Source of the DNA: a virus
Virus record (IMG/VR): IMGVR_UViG_3300009648_000002
Location: 1-35,960 of that record
DNA length: 35,960 bases
Direction: 5' to 3' (one strand)
Under the pieces are notes generated by a model, which had not been told where the DNA came from, made no database searches, and saw nothing but the letters and a program-made list of their open reading frames with translations. The translations under genes and the position numbers were made by a program. This document shows, piece after piece, positions 35,298 through 35,960 of this stretch. Each line of letters begins with the position of its first letter. The stretch's first letter is position 1.

Positions 35298-35501
35298 GTG
35301 AGAAAAGGGAATATGATCCGAATAACGTCGAGTGTCAGTGTCCTGCCAAGCCAATACTCAAAACTAAAAGCAGTTTTAGAGTCGGCGCAGAATGACTATG
35401 GCGTCACGATATCTATCCAGGAACTCCTCAGGGATGGCCTGGATAGCATCCTCAACGACATGGATGTAGAGAAATATCTAAAGAATAAGGGATTGATATG
35501 A
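35298..35501 (+). CDS. Putative ribbon-helix-helix (CopG/Arc-like) DNA-binding protein
   Basis: GTG 35298 six nt after aggaggtga; N-terminal beta-strand-like RITSSVSVLP followed by helices; the track start at 35235 would lie inside the promoter. Confidence 0.4.
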   Translation: MRKGNMIRITSSVSVLPSQYSKLKAVLESAQNDYGVTISIQELLRDGLDSILNDMDVEKYLKNKGLI

Positions 35502-35697
35502 CGGAGGAACATGAAATATGAATGAAGAAGAATTAGTATGGGGTGAGATAGATGAGTAGGATTACAGAAAAAACTGAGTTCCCACCCACCCTCAGTACTA
35601 CATTAGTTTTACGTCGTATAAATGTTTTCATCACCCCAACAAGTCATGTAAACAAAAAACAATGTAATGTACATGATAAAAGTTGGGGTGTAAATAT

Positions 35698-35960
35698 ATG
35701 AACTTCAAAGAAGCCCTGAAGGACAACTACTTCTCATCAGGACTAGACACAGAGGACTTCATCATCGCAGTCACACAACTCGCGCGCGACCATAACATCC
35801 CAGAAACAGACATAACCAATGCCTTAATACCCATAAAAAAGTATTACAACAAACCATACACAAAAAAGGTGCACATCAAGGCCCTTGTGAAGGAAACTAT
35901 CAAATCAAAGACCCAAGATGGGGATCCTGTGAAAACACTCAAACTACTACTCGGCGACGA
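35698..35960 (+). CDS. 5' part of the Rep gene, continuing in frame across the repeat into 1-1822
   Basis: ATG 35698 preceded by ggggtg; open frame reads MNFKEALKDNYF... through the terminal repeat with no stop. Confidence 0.5.
   Translation, partial: MNFKEALKDNYFSSGLDTEDFIIAVTQLARDHNIPETDITNALIPIKKYYNKPYTKKVHIKALVKETIKSKTQDGDPVKTLKLLLGD

Noticed and set aside
1-35960. CRISPR array (expected given the RAMP gene)
   Set aside because: No run of regularly spaced 25-40 nt direct repeats was seen in any intergenic region by eye; the only dense repeat field (1835-2119) has short 6-7 nt palindromic units at irregular spacing. A computational repeat search is needed to be sure.

Overview
The window appears to be a complete ~35.8 kb circular or terminally redundant genome: bases 1-123 recur exactly at 35838-35960, and the first gene starts at 35698 and reads across that junction. 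Gene content is that of a tailed (siphovirus-like) archaeal virus or provirus. It has a replication module (SF3-helicase-type Rep, an iteron-like GGTWACC repeat field, a PCNA sliding clamp), a block of small regulatory and accessory genes, and a canonical morphogenesis block running from terminase through portal, MuF-like protein, capsid and tail genes to a 1470-aa tape measure, tail fibres and a lysis region. Archaeal signals (PCNA, a TFB-type zinc ribbon, GGTGA Shine-Dalgarno sequences, a Pei-like cysteine peptidase domain at the tape-measure C-terminus) point to a pseudomurein-walled methanogen host (Methanobacteriales). The most unusual content is an orphan type III-like RAMP/Cas7-family protein inside a translationally coupled operon of unknown genes, plus a small Csx16-like candidate; I found no CRISPR array. 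A GC-rich minus-strand cassette hides a sub-threshold AbrB/SpoVT-like gene and a strongly acidic small protein. No integrase was recognised. All calls rest on motif reading by eye, with no database searches run.
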